A stretch of DNA of 44,805 nucleotides. Origin: an uncultured Gammaproteobacteria bacterium (GTDB taxonomy: Bacteria; Pseudomonadota; Gammaproteobacteria; SZUA-229). The notes below the pieces were generated by a model, which had not been told where the DNA came from, ran no database searches, and was given only the letters and a program-made list of their open reading frames with translations. Numbering within the stretch: position 1 is the first letter of the stretch; each line of letters starts with the position of its first letter. Of the stretch, positions 1 through 12,588 are shown piece after piece. The stretch lies in NCBI GenBank assembly GCA_965368115.1, contig CBDULQ010000002.1:1-44805 (forward strand), given 5' to 3'. The position numbers and the translations under genes are program-made.

Positions 1-240
1 ATCATGAGTGAAATCGACTTCAAGAACCTGCGTTCTACCGCTCATCTGCCGTATGAAATGCTGGTGAAGGGTAAAGATGTCGAAGCGCTGCACGCACGTT
101 TCCGAATCGCCATTAACTTTCCGGACCTGAGCATGATGGGTGACAACAGCTTCATGAACATTATGCCGACCCCGGATGCCATTCGCGATACCCTGCGCAA
201 CGTCGCCGGCGGCAAAAAAGAAAGCGAGTACAACTGGTAG
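1..240 (+). CDS. Hypothetical protein, probably the C-terminal part of a gene truncated by the window edge
   Basis: Frame is open from base 1 to TAG at 238-240 and is followed by a strong terminator. Confidence 0.65.
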   Translation: MMSEIDFKNLRSTAHLPYEMLVKGKDVEALHARFRIAINFPDLSMMGDNSFMNIMPTPDAIRDTLRNVAGGKKESEYNW

Positions 241-265
241 TCTGTCCGCATATTCCAGTTGCCTG

Positions 266-298
266 AAAACCCCGGCCTGGGCGCCGGGGTTTTTTTTT
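266..298 (+). terminator. Rho-independent terminator
   Basis: AAAACCCCGGC / GCCGGGGTTTT stem followed by a T-tract. Confidence 0.9.
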
Positions 299-434
299 GC
301 CGTGGATTTGACCCGGCCGCCGGTAGACACGTGACCCGATGCAAAAATTGAGGTAAACTGCGTGGCTCGCTAAATCCTGCGATTTCTCTAAAGTCCATGA
401 TTTTTAAGGTTTTTTGTTTGCCCGGAGACCCAAG

Positions 435-2132
435 GTGGAATTAACTGGCGCTGATATCGTTGTTCAATGTCTGGCTGAGGAAGGCGTTGAATATTTATTC
501 GGATACCCCGGTGGGGCGGTCCTGCACATTTATGATGCTTTATATAAGCAGGATAAGGTGCATCATATCCTGGTGCGTCACGAACAGGCGGCGACTCACG
601 CGGCCGACGGTTACGCGCGCAGCACCGGCAAGCCGGGGGTGGTTCTGGTCACGTCCGGACCCGGTGCGACCAATGCGGTGACCGGCATTGCGACGGCGTA
701 CATGGATTCCATCCCCATGGTGGTGATCACCGGCCAGGTGCCCCGTCCGTTGATCGGCAATGACGCTTTCCAGGAAGTGGATTCGGTGGGCATTACCCGA
801 CCCATCGTCAAGCACAACTTCCTGGTGGAAGATGTCAAAGACCTGGCGATGACCCTGAAAAAAGCGTTTTACGTGGCGACCACAGGCCGGCCAGGCCCGG
901 TTGTGGTGGACATCCCCAAGGACGTTACCGCCCACAAGACCGAATTCTCCTATCCGCGCGAAATCAAGATGCGTTCCTACAACCCGACGGTGAGGGGACA
1001 CAGCGGGCAGATCAAGAAAGCCATGGATATCATCCTGAGCGCGAAGAAGCCGATGATCTACACCGGTGGTGGCGTTATTCTGAGCAATGCCTCGGAAGAA
1101 CTGACCAAATTCACCCGCACTCTGGGCTCGCCGATTACCAATACGCTGATGGGTCTGGGGGCTTACCCCGCCAGTGACAAACAGTTTGTCGGTATGCTGG
1201 GTATGCATGGTACCTACGAAGCCAACATGTCGATGCATCACTGTGATGTGCTGATCGCCATTGGCGCTCGCTTCGATGACCGGGTGACCGGTAACCTGGA
1301 AAAATTCTGTCCTGACGCGCGCATCGTACATGTGGACGTGGACCCGGCGTCGATCTCCAAGAATGTGAAAGTGGATGTACCCATCGTCGGCGATGTACAG
1401 CAGGTGATGGTCGAGTTCAACAAATATCTTGAGGAATCCGAGCGCCGCCTGGAGTCGGGCGCCCTGCACAGCTGGTGGCAGCAGATCGAAGAATGGCGTG
1501 CACAGGATTGCCTGAAGTACGACCGCAACAGTGACCTGATCAAGCCGCAGTTCGTCGTCGAACAGTTACACAAGGTGACCAGTGGCGATGCCTTCGTGAC
1601 GTCCGATGTGGGTCAGCACCAGATGTTCGCAGCCCAGTTTTATCCCTTCGATAAACCGCGTCGCTGGATCAATTCCGGCGGTCTGGGCACCATGGGCTTC
1701 GGTTTACCCGCCGCCATGGGTGTACAGCTTGCTCACCCCGATTCCACCGTTGCCTGTGTGACCGGTGAGGGCAGTATCCAGATGTGTATCCAGGAACTGG
1801 CGACCTGTACCCAGTTCGGCCTGCCGATCAAGATCATTAACCTGAACAACGGTTACCTGGGCATGGTGCGCCAGTGGCAGGAATTCTTCTACGAAAAACG
1901 TTACTCCATGTCCTACATGGATTCGCTGCCGGATTTCGTTGCCCTGGCCCAGTCCTATGGTCATGTGGGTATTCGCGTCGACAAACCCGCCGACGTGGAA
2001 CCCGCCCTGCAGGAGGCCATGGGTCAATACAAGGACCGTCTGGTGTTCCTGGATTTCATGACCGATCGTGAAGAAAACGTGTATCCGATGATTCCGGCCG
2101 GCGCCGGCCTCAACGAAATGATTCTGGTATAA
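435..2132 (+). CDS. ilvI: Acetolactate synthase (AHAS) large subunit
   Basis: FGYPGGA, VRHEQAA, TSGPGATN and GEGS..LNNG TPP-binding motifs; start moved to GTG 435 because of the GGAG RBS at 424-427; ilvH-ilvC follow. Confidence 0.96.
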   Translation: MELTGADIVVQCLAEEGVEYLFGYPGGAVLHIYDALYKQDKVHHILVRHEQAATHAADGYARSTGKPGVVLVTSGPGATNAVTGIATAYMDSIPMVVITGQVPRPLIGNDAFQEVDSVGITRPIVKHNFLVEDVKDLAMTLKKAFYVATTGRPGPVVVDIPKDVTAHKTEFSYPREIKMRSYNPTVRGHSGQIKKAMDIILSAKKPMIYTGGGVILSNASEELTKFTRTLGSPITNTLMGLGAYPASDKQFVGMLGMHGTYEANMSMHHCDVLIAIGARFDDRVTGNLEKFCPDARIVHVDVDPASISKNVKVDVPIVGDVQQVMVEFNKYLEESERRLESGALHSWWQQIEEWRAQDCLKYDRNSDLIKPQFVVEQLHKVTSGDAFVTSDVGQHQMFAAQFYPFDKPRRWINSGGLGTMGFGLPAAMGVQLAHPDSTVACVTGEGSIQMCIQELATCTQFGLPIKIINLNNGYLGMVRQWQEFFYEKRYSMSYMDSLPDFVALAQSYGHVGIRVDKPADVEPALQEAMGQYKDRLVFLDFMTDREENVYPMIPAGAGLNEMILV

Positions 2133-2136
2133 AGCT

Positions 2137-2628
2137 ATGCGTCATATAATTTCCATTCTTCTTGAAAATGAATCCGGTGCATTGTCGCGGGTGGCGGGTC
2201 TGTTTTCGGCGCGTGCCTACAATATCGAATCCCTGACTGTAGCACCGACCGATGATCCAACCCTGTCGCGGATGACCATCGTCACGTCCGGCACTGAAGA
2301 AATTATCGAGCAGATCATCAAGCAGCTCAACAAGCTGGTGGACGTGGTCAAGCTGCTCGACCTCACCGAAGATCCGCACATCGACCGTGAACTGATGCTG
2401 GCCAAGGTGCAGGCCACCGGCGAAGCGCGTAGCGAAGTTAAACGACTGACCGATATTTTCCGCGGCAGCATTATCGACGTCACCGATACAACCTACACCG
2501 TGGAGCTGACCGGCAACGGCGACAAGCTCGATGCATTCCTGACCGCACTGTCGAGCATTACCATTCATGAAGTGGTGCGCTCCGGCGTCATTGGTATCAG
2601 CCGCGGCGAAAAGTCGTTGACCATTTAA
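2137..2628 (+). CDS. ilvH: Acetolactate synthase small (regulatory, ACT) subunit
   Basis: MRHIISILLENESGALSRVAGLFSARAYNIESLTVAPT N-terminus; operon context. Confidence 0.96.
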   Translation: MRHIISILLENESGALSRVAGLFSARAYNIESLTVAPTDDPTLSRMTIVTSGTEEIIEQIIKQLNKLVDVVKLLDLTEDPHIDRELMLAKVQATGEARSEVKRLTDIFRGSIIDVTDTTYTVELTGNGDKLDAFLTALSSITIHEVVRSGVIGISRGEKSLTI

Positions 2629-3684
<1,056 letters not shown>

Positions 3685-3703
3685 TATCGGTGGTTGAGGG
3701 TAG

Positions 3704-3731
3704 AAAGGGGCTGGTGACAGCCCCTTTTTTT
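3704..3731 (+). terminator. Rho-independent terminator of the ilv operon
   Basis: AAAGGGGCTG-GTGA-CAGCCCCTTTTTTT. Confidence 0.9.
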
Positions 3732-3815
3732 GTGGCGTGATGCAGTTTGATTGCACCGGTCACATAAATGGTTTATGAAAGGTTATATCGGCCAAATCAC
3801 AACGATTCATAAAAT

Positions 3816-4598
3816 ATGAGCGCAAATCAAAAACCCGGTTACCGCCGACGCGGTATTTATCTGTTACCCAACGCGTTTACGACAGCGGCCCTGTTCGCCG
3901 GTTTCTACGGCATCGTGGCCTCGATGAACGGGCAGTTCGAAAAGGCGGCAGTGGCGATTTTCATTGCCATGTTACTGGATGGGATCGACGGTCGGGTGGC
4001 GCGTCTGACCAATACGCAAAGTGAGTTCGGTGCCCAGTATGATAGCCTGGCGGACATGGTGTCCTTCGGCCTGGCGCCGGCATTGATCATGTATGAATGG
4101 GCGCTGGCGTCAATGGCGCAGATGGGCGGACAGTGGGGGCGGGTCGGCTGGCTAGCCGCTTTCATCTATGCGGCCTGTGCCGCCATGCGTCTTGCGCGCT
4201 TCAATACCCAGATCGGTGTCGCCGACAAACGCTTTTTCCAGGGCCTGCCCAGTCCGTCCGCTGCGGCGGCGCTGGTGGGCATGGTCTGGGTCTGTTATGA
4301 CGCGGGTATCAAGGGCGAGGACGTGGCGATTCTGGCCAGCATCCTGACCCTGCTCATCGGCATCCTGATGGTGAGTAACGTACTGTATTACAGTTTCAAG
4401 GAAGTGAATTACAAGGAGCGGGTACCGTTCATTGCGATTCTGGTTATCGCACTGATTCTGGCCCTGGCCTCCATTGATTTTCCCAAAGTATTATTCGGTA
4501 GCTTCATGATTTACATTCTGTCCGGCCCTCTGCTCGCACTGCTGCGTCGGATACGTAAACTGGGACGACGTAAATCACAGCAGGATGAGGCTGGCTGA
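3816..4598 (+). CDS. pssA: CDP-diacylglycerol--serine O-phosphatidyltransferase
   Basis: RRGIYLLPNAFT and the CDP-alcohol phosphotransferase motif DGIDGRVAR...G..YDSLAD; ilvC-pssA-leuA synteny. Confidence 0.93.
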   Translation: MSANQKPGYRRRGIYLLPNAFTTAALFAGFYGIVASMNGQFEKAAVAIFIAMLLDGIDGRVARLTNTQSEFGAQYDSLADMVSFGLAPALIMYEWALASMAQMGGQWGRVGWLAAFIYAACAAMRLARFNTQIGVADKRFFQGLPSPSAAAALVGMVWVCYDAGIKGEDVAILASILTLLIGILMVSNVLYYSFKEVNYKERVPFIAILVIALILALASIDFPKVLFGSFMIYILSGPLLALLRRIRKLGRRKSQQDEAG

Positions 4599-4615
4599 AC
4601 AGCCGGTGCGCATGA

Positions 4616-4644
4616 TTGCCTGAGTTGCAGAATATGGTTATAGT
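4616..4644 (+). promoter_or_regulatory. Putative sigma70 promoter for the leuA leader
   Basis: TTGCCT-17 nt-TATAGT; predicted +1 falls on the ATG at 4651. Confidence 0.6.
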
Positions 4645-4650
4645 GGCTCT

Positions 4651-4776
4651 ATGAACGACATCTCCTTTCAGAATGCGCAAGGCTTTACCATCTCCGATGG
4701 CGTTCTGTCCCGCCCGTCTTTTCAAGACCCGCTATTCAGCCATGCTCTGTTCCTGCTACTGTCGTTGGGCAGATGA
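4651..4776 (+). CDS. Putative leucine-rich leader (attenuator) peptide, 41 aa
   Basis: Translates MNDISFQNAQGFTISDGVLSRPSFQDPLFSHALFLLLSLGR*; Leu cluster with CTA codons directly upstream of leuA. Confidence 0.6.
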   Translation: MNDISFQNAQGFTISDGVLSRPSFQDPLFSHALFLLLSLGR

Positions 4777-4849
4777 GGCAGCCCTGGCGAGGGGAAATAC
4801 GCGTCCCGTAACACGATTCGAAGAACAGGTTTGATTTGCGGAGCAAGTC

Positions 4850-6400
4850 ATGAGCAAAGACAAGTTAATAATATTTGATACCACCCTGCGCGACGGCGAA
4901 CAGAGTCCTGGCGCATCGATGACCAAAGATGAAAAAGTGCGTATTGCCAAAGCGCTGGAACGCATGCGTGTCGATGTCATCGAAGCGGGCTTCCCGATTG
5001 CCAGTCCGGGTGATTTCGAAGCCGTACAGGCGGTGGCCCGAGCGGTTAAAGACAGCACCGTATGCGGTTTGTCCCGTGCGCTGGAAAAAGATATTAGCCG
5101 TGCCGGTGAAGCACTGAAAGACGCTAACTCCTCACGTATACACACCTTTATCGCTACCTCGCCGATTCACATGAAAATGAAACTGCGTATGGAGCCGGAT
5201 GCGGTACTGGAGCAGGCGGTACAGGCGGTAAAAATCGCGCGTCGATTTACCGACAACGTGGAATTCTCGCCGGAAGATGCAGGCCGTTCGGAAACCGATT
5301 TTCTGTGTCGAGTCATCGAAGCCGTTATCGATGCCGGTGCGACGACGATCAATATTCCGGATACCGTGGGTTATAACCTGCCCAATCAGTTCGGTAGTCT
5401 GATCAATACATTGATCGAACGTATTCCAAATTCAGACAAGGCGATTTTCTCCGTACACTGTCACAACGATCTCGGTCTTGCCGTCGCCAATTCTTTGTCC
5501 GCGGTGCAGAATGGCGCACGCCAGGTCGAATGTACCATCAACGGGCTCGGTGAGCGTGCCGGTAACGCCGCGCTCGAAGAAATTGTCATGGCCGTGCGCA
5601 CGCGCCAGGACCTGTTCGACTGCGATACTGAGCTGGATACCACGCAGATCATGACCTGTTCCCGGCTGGTGTCCGGTATTACCGGTTTCCCGGTACAGCC
5701 CAACAAGGCGATTGTCGGTGCCAATGCCTTTGCCCATGAATCAGGTATTCATCAGGACGGCGTACTGAAGAGTCGTGAAACTTACGAAATCATGCGTGCC
5801 CAGGATGTGGGCTGGAGCGAAAACCGTATCGTACTCGGCAAACATTCCGGACGTAACGCACTGCGTTCACGGCTACTGGAGCTGGGTATCGAACTGCATT
5901 CTGAAGAAGAGCTCAACGAAGCCTTTTCACGGTTCAAGGATCTGGCCGACAAGAAACACGAAATCTATGACGAAGACCTGCAGGCACTGGTGACTGACAG
6001 CAGCCTGGATGCGGAAAATGAAATCTTTCGGCTGGTTAGCCTGCGCGTCTGTTCAGAAACCGGTGAGAAACCCGAAGCCACCGTGGTGATCAGCATCGAC
6101 GGCAAGGAAAAATCCGCCATAGCACAGGGCAGTGGTCCGGTCGATGCGTCATACAAGGCGATAGAGTCACTGGTGAACAGCGATACCGAACTGCAGCTGT
6201 ATTCGGTCAACAATATCACCAGCGGTACCGATTCACAGGGCGAAGTGAGTGTGCGACTGAGTAAGAACGGACGCATTTCCAGCGGACAGGGCGCTGATAC
6301 CGATATCGTCATTGCGTCCGCCAAAGCGTATATTAATGCGCTGAACAAGGTGTTTGCCGCGAGCGATACGCGCGAACATCCACAACTGGGTGATGTCTAA
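4850..6400 (+). CDS. leuA: 2-isopropylmalate synthase
   Basis: [36 protein letters not shown]; C-terminal regulatory domain present. Confidence 0.98.
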   Translation: MSKDKLIIFDTTLRDGEQSPGASMTKDEKVRIAKALERMRVDVIEAGFPIASPGDFEAVQAVARAVKDSTVCGLSRALEKDISRAGEALKDANSSRIHTFIATSPIHMKMKLRMEPDAVLEQAVQAVKIARRFTDNVEFSPEDAGRSETDFLCRVIEAVIDAGATTINIPDTVGYNLPNQFGSLINTLIERIPNSDKAIFSVHCHNDLGLAVANSLSAVQNGARQVECTINGLGERAGNAALEEIVMAVRTRQDLFDCDTELDTTQIMTCSRLVSGITGFPVQPNKAIVGANAFAHESGIHQDGVLKSRETYEIMRAQDVGWSENRIVLGKHSGRNALRSRLLELGIELHSEEELNEAFSRFKDLADKKHEIYDEDLQALVTDSSLDAENEIFRLVSLRVCSETGEKPEATVVISIDGKEKSAIAQGSGPVDASYKAIESLVNSDTELQLYSVNNITSGTDSQGEVSVRLSKNGRISSGQGADTDIVIASAKAYINALNKVFAASDTREHPQLGDV

Positions 6401-6409
6401 TTCGGTGTT

Positions 6410-7228
6410 ATGACGGACCAGTCCGACCAGCAAAATAGACCGCAACCGGATACTGCTCCGCTGAGCGAAGCGGAGCGACTGCATTATCTGCAGCTCATGG
6501 GTATTCAGCCCTGGTTCGAGCGACAGCCTGCGGTTGCGGACCAGTCGCCGGAACCGGACATGGTGACTGCAAATGACTCCGATACGGACGCTACCCGGGT
6601 AGACTCCGCAGAAACTGCCGAACAACCCTCTGTTGATCGTCCATCGGACGGCCAACCGGTCGTTGCCGATGTTGGTAGCATGGACTGGGAACAGTTGCGC
6701 ACGGCTGTCAGCCAGTGTCAGCTTTGTGAATTGCACAGTACCCGAACTCAAACGGTTTTTGGCGTCGGCGACGCCCATGCTGATCTGCTGATCGTCGGTG
6801 AAGCACCGGGTGCTGAAGAGGACCGTCAGGGCGAGCCTTTCGTAGGGCGAGCCGGTAAGCTACTGGATGCCATGCTGGCGGCCATCGAACTGGATCGTCG
6901 ACAGGTGTTCATCGCCAATGTGTTGAAATGCCGTCCACCGAATAACCGCGATCCGCGTACCAGCGAAATCGTCTGCTGCGATGCCTATCTGCAACGCCAG
7001 ATCGAACTGATACAGCCGAAAGCCATTCTGGCACTGGGGCGGATTGCCGCACATCATCTGCTGGTTAGCCAGGATTCGCTGGGCAAAATGCGACAGCGGC
7101 AGCACAGTTACAACGGCATCCCGCTGCTGGTGAGTTATCATCCGGCGTACCTGTTACGCAATCCGGTCGACAAACGTAAATCATGGCATGACCTGATACA
7201 AATTAAAAAAGTATTAGGACAGTTGTAA
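6410..7228 (+). CDS. Uracil-DNA glycosylase, family 4 (Fe-S), with N-terminal extension
   Basis: CQLC, GEAPGAEED..GEPFVG, KCRPPNNR, YHPAYLLR. Confidence 0.92.
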   Translation: MTDQSDQQNRPQPDTAPLSEAERLHYLQLMGIQPWFERQPAVADQSPEPDMVTANDSDTDATRVDSAETAEQPSVDRPSDGQPVVADVGSMDWEQLRTAVSQCQLCELHSTRTQTVFGVGDAHADLLIVGEAPGAEEDRQGEPFVGRAGKLLDAMLAAIELDRRQVFIANVLKCRPPNNRDPRTSEIVCCDAYLQRQIELIQPKAILALGRIAAHHLLVSQDSLGKMRQRQHSYNGIPLLVSYHPAYLLRNPVDKRKSWHDLIQIKKVLGQL

Positions 7229-7713
7229 TGGCACTCAACCCGGAACTGGAAACCATTGCTGGTTATCGTCCCATGACGCTGGACGATGTGCCCGGCATCA
7301 TGAACGTCGAGCTGCAGTGTTATCCGCATCCCTGGACGGAAGGGATTTTCCGTGACTGCATTCGTGTCGGTTACACCGGTTATGTCTACGTAGAAGACAA
7401 TACCATTCTGGCTTACGGACTGATTTCCATCGCAGCCAATGAAGCGCATGTGTTGAATGTTTGTGTCGTTCCACACAAGCAAGGGCAGGGGCTGGGGCGC
7501 GGCATGTTGCGAAAACTGATCGAAAGTGCCGGTGAAAAAGGTGCTGACACGGTATTCCTTGAAGTGCGTAAGTCGAATCATACCGCCGTCAAACTTTACG
7601 AATCGGAGCGTTTCAAACGCATTGGTGTACGTAAAAATTATTACCCCGATGATGAGGGTCGTGAAGATGCACTGGTCTTTACCCGTGCGGTAAAAATCGG
7701 CAATGCACCGTAA
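7228..7713 (+). CDS. rimI: Ribosomal protein S18 alanine N-acetyltransferase
   Basis: GNAT motifs EAHVLNVCV..QGQGLGR, FLEVRKSN, RKNYYP..EDAL. Confidence 0.93.
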   Translation: MALNPELETIAGYRPMTLDDVPGIMNVELQCYPHPWTEGIFRDCIRVGYTGYVYVEDNTILAYGLISIAANEAHVLNVCVVPHKQGQGLGRGMLRKLIESAGEKGADTVFLEVRKSNHTAVKLYESERFKRIGVRKNYYPDDEGREDALVFTRAVKIGNAP

Positions 7714-8797
7714 CCCGGCGCGTGCAGGGTATGTTCTATTGCTGGCCAGCAGTCTTGCTGTGCTGGTACTCCTCACAGTGGTTTATTTTACACAACGCAC
7801 CGAAGTGGTCGAAACGGGACCCTGGCGTGCCATTCCCTTACCTGACATCAGTCATCAACCGATTGAATTAAGTGTCACCCAGGTGATCAATCCGCGTTTT
7901 CCTGCGCTGAGCAGTGAACAATTGCAGGCGACATTGCGGCGCGCCGAACAACTGGCCCGGCAACATCTGAATGTGCAGATTAAACTGAAGACGACTGAGG
8001 ACATGACCATCGGTGCGTTTTTCAGTCTGCTGCCGGATCAACCGCGTCAGGCCCGCCAGAATGAAATTATCGATCCCATGCAGATCACTGCCGAGCAGCG
8101 ACGCAAAATGCAGCAATCCCTGCTTGAGTCCATGCGCAATGGAGATACGCCAACCGACCAGCTCCTCAGTTATGCGCGACCTTATCTATTGACACGTCAG
8201 CCGGTTGACAACCTGACGCAACTGGCCGATGCGGTCATCGACACCATGTTGAAACGAGTGCGTACCTGGTATGAATATCCCGCTGCAGACGGTCGGCCGG
8301 TGCTGGATGGCTCACCCTATAACCAGTGGGTATGGTGGGATTCCATGGGTTATGCCGACCTGCCGATGCAGGTGGTAATTACCAACCAGTTGGTGGCGAG
8401 CCTGGAGAACTATGATCAGGCCCTGCATACCTGCCTGCGCGGTGGTATTTCCGGCGGCACCATGACGTACAGTCGCAGTAGCCCCAATGGCGGCTACCTG
8501 TTCGTCAGTGTGTATGCACTGCTCAACGATAACCCGGCGCTGGCGCCGCTGAAGGACGGTGAGTATTCTCCGCAACAGGTCGTGGACTATGCGGCCGCGA
8601 CCCTGGTTCATGAGCTGGGACACCTGCTGTTCCATTATGGCCACCCGTTCGGCGCCGAGGGTTGCATCATGGCGCCGACCCCGCTGCTGCGCTACCAGTA
8701 CTGGTTCGATCAGCTCGACGCGGCGGCCTGTGCGGTGGAACGCTACCCGCAGATGCGTCCCGGTGCGGCACGAATTCTTTATCACAGCGGCTGGTAA
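7703..8797 (+). CDS. Membrane-anchored putative zinc metallopeptidase (metzincin-like)
   Basis: N-terminal hydrophobic helix; HELGHLLFHYGH followed by GCIM (Met-turn-like). Confidence 0.6.
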   Translation: MHRNPARAGYVLLLASSLAVLVLLTVVYFTQRTEVVETGPWRAIPLPDISHQPIELSVTQVINPRFPALSSEQLQATLRRAEQLARQHLNVQIKLKTTEDMTIGAFFSLLPDQPRQARQNEIIDPMQITAEQRRKMQQSLLESMRNGDTPTDQLLSYARPYLLTRQPVDNLTQLADAVIDTMLKRVRTWYEYPAADGRPVLDGSPYNQWVWWDSMGYADLPMQVVITNQLVASLENYDQALHTCLRGGISGGTMTYSRSSPNGGYLFVSVYALLNDNPALAPLKDGEYSPQQVVDYAAATLVHELGHLLFHYGHPFGAEGCIMAPTPLLRYQYWFDQLDAAACAVERYPQMRPGAARILYHSGW

Positions 8798-8821
8798 GAT
8801 TCCATTCCCGGCGAGTGATTC

Positions 8822-8830
8822 TGCTATAAT
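8822..8830 (+). promoter_or_regulatory. Extended -10 element upstream of prfC
   Basis: TGCTATAAT, a perfect TGnTATAAT, 30 nt before the ATG. Confidence 0.6.
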
Positions 8831-8860
8831 TACGCGTTCTTTTTGCAAGCTCGATCGACT

Positions 8861-10443
<1,583 letters not shown>

Positions 10444-10459
<16 letters not shown>

Positions 10460-11118
10460 TTCGCCGTTACCGGCGCTTCCGGTTCCGCTGCGGGAGTGTC
10501 CTGCGTAGTCGGCGGGGGTTCCACCCGGTGATAGCTGAATATATCCGGGCCCTGATCGTCGATATCGATGCTCAAACCGATCGCCGGATAGCGCCAGTAA
10601 TGATGGTTTCCCTGGTGCTCACGCTGTTCGGGTTGACCGAAATGTTGCAGTAACAGCGCCTCGGTATAATCCACCTGTGGAATGTAGCGGATACTGCGTA
10701 CCGTACTGTTGAGCAATTGCATCTGTACGTCGTCGTCGAGCTGTTGCGGCAGGTCGATGGTGTCTTCTGCCGCAACGTCACCGGTAATCATCTGCAGTTG
10801 CTGTGCATCCAGATCATATTCCAGTTCCAGGCGCACCAGGAATCCACCCAGATTCAATTGTTCGTAGACGGCGTAGAGTCCGGGCTGCCTTTGCGCATCC
10901 CGTTCGATGCGATTGTCGGGAAAGCTGGACAGTATCTGGTTGGCATCCTGGATGCGCGTCTTGCCCAGGGTGATGCCGAAGATGCGCGTGTTGCCGTTGT
11001 CCAGTACCTTGACTTCCCAGGGCATGTAGCCGGGCATGACAGGGCGCGGGCGATTGCCGATAACAGCAATCATCAGGGCGGTACCTACCATGAGGAGAAT
11101 CAGGAAACTTCTGTTCAT
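10444..11118 (-). CDS. Hypothetical membrane-anchored/exported protein
   Basis: 224-aa ORF with N-terminal hydrophobic segment; 3' end overlaps prfC by 16 bp. Confidence 0.7.
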
Positions 11119-11338
11119 TAATCAGGAAACGGCTTAATCAATCTAGTTTATATATAGACCCGGCTGGATTCAAAAGCAGTAGTTTATCGAAAAATTGGCG
11201 TATTTAATGAGAAATACCCGGTGATTTACGCAAGTTCATTGCCGCCGATCAGGCGTCTGGACGCTGCTTGAAATGCACGCCGGGGTCTGCTCAAATGGCG
11301 CTAACTTCAGCTCAGCCCGGGATGGTTCAGGACAGCAC

Positions 11339-12583
11339 ATGTTAAAAGATAAAAAAGTCTGGGCCTGGGCCTTGTATGACTGGGCCAATTCGGTGTTCGC
11401 TACCGTGGTCATCGCCGGTTTCTTTCCCATCGTATTCAAACAGTACTGGTCTGCGGACATCTCTTCCGACGCCAGCACCTTCTGGCTGGGCACCGCGAAT
11501 TCCGTCTCCAGCCTGATTATCGTATTGCTTGCCCCATTGTTGGGGGCCATCGCCGATTATGGCGGTATGCGCAAACGACTGCTGTTGCTGTTCATGCTGG
11601 TGGGGGTGACGGCCACCTTTCTGCTGGCTGGTGCCGAGCAGGGACAATGGCGTTGGGTGCTGGTGCTCTATGCGCTCGGCATTGTCGGATTCATGGCCGC
11701 TAATATTTTTTATGATGCATTGCTGGTGGATGTTAGTCGCAATCACCACATCGATCGCGTGTCTGGACTGGGTTTCGGACTTGGTTATTTAAGCGGCGGA
11801 CTTACCCTGGCATTCTGTGTCTATATGAGCCAGCAGTTCGAACAGTTCGGTTTCGCCAGCCAGATCGAGGCCACCCTGTCTGCTTTCGTGCTGGTGGCAA
11901 TATGGTGGTTACTGTTTTCGATGCCGTTGGCGCGCTGGGTGGACGAATCGAAGTCGATCAGAACCCAGTCGACCTGGCAAACCAGTGCTATTTTTCGTGA
12001 AGCCTGGCGAACCCTGTGCCGGGTGTTCACTGATCCTCAGATTCGCCTGTTCCTCATCGCCTACTGGATTTACATCGATGGTGTGGACACCATAATCCGT
12101 ATGGCGGTGGACTATGGTCTTGCACTGGGTTTCGATTCCAGCGATCTGATACTGGCCTTATTGATTACTCAATTTGTCGGCTTTCCTGCCGCTATTATAT
12201 ATGCACATCTGGGTGATCGATTCGGGGTCAGAAAATCCCTGTTGGTCGGTATCATGATTTACGCACTGATCACCCTGTGGGCCTATGTAATGGATTCCGC
12301 GCTGGAATTTTACCTGCTGGCCGCAATGATCGGACTGGTGCAGGGCGGTGTGCAGGCTCTTAGCCGCTCTTACTATGCACGCATGATTCCGGCGGACCGC
12401 TCGGCGGAGTATTTTGGTGTGTATAACATGATGGGTAAGGCGGCAGCGATAATCGGCCCAATGATGATGGGGGCGGTCGCATTGATGACCGACAACCATC
12501 GCTATTCGATTTTGTCTATTCTAATATTATTTGTAGCAGGCTTTGTCCTACTGGCCAAAGTCAGGGATATCCCGCGCGAGTAA
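11339..12583 (+). CDS. MFS transporter, UMF1/Atg22-like family
   Basis: WAWALYDWANSVF, APLLGAIAD, QGGVQALSRS, about 12 hydrophobic segments; start set at ATG 11339. Confidence 0.88.
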   Translation: MLKDKKVWAWALYDWANSVFATVVIAGFFPIVFKQYWSADISSDASTFWLGTANSVSSLIIVLLAPLLGAIADYGGMRKRLLLLFMLVGVTATFLLAGAEQGQWRWVLVLYALGIVGFMAANIFYDALLVDVSRNHHIDRVSGLGFGLGYLSGGLTLAFCVYMSQQFEQFGFASQIEATLSAFVLVAIWWLLFSMPLARWVDESKSIRTQSTWQTSAIFREAWRTLCRVFTDPQIRLFLIAYWIYIDGVDTIIRMAVDYGLALGFDSSDLILALLITQFVGFPAAIIYAHLGDRFGVRKSLLVGIMIYALITLWAYVMDSALEFYLLAAMIGLVQGGVQALSRSYYARMIPADRSAEYFGVYNMMGKAAAIIGPMMMGAVALMTDNHRYSILSILILFVAGFVLLAKVRDIPRE

Positions 12584-12588
12584 AGCAT

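Noticed and set aside
299-434. Possible ilv leader peptide or attenuator
   Set aside because: The short ORFs (MQKLR; MIFKVFCLPGDPRWN) lack Ile/Leu/Val runs; the hairpin at 266-298 is explained as the upstream gene's terminator
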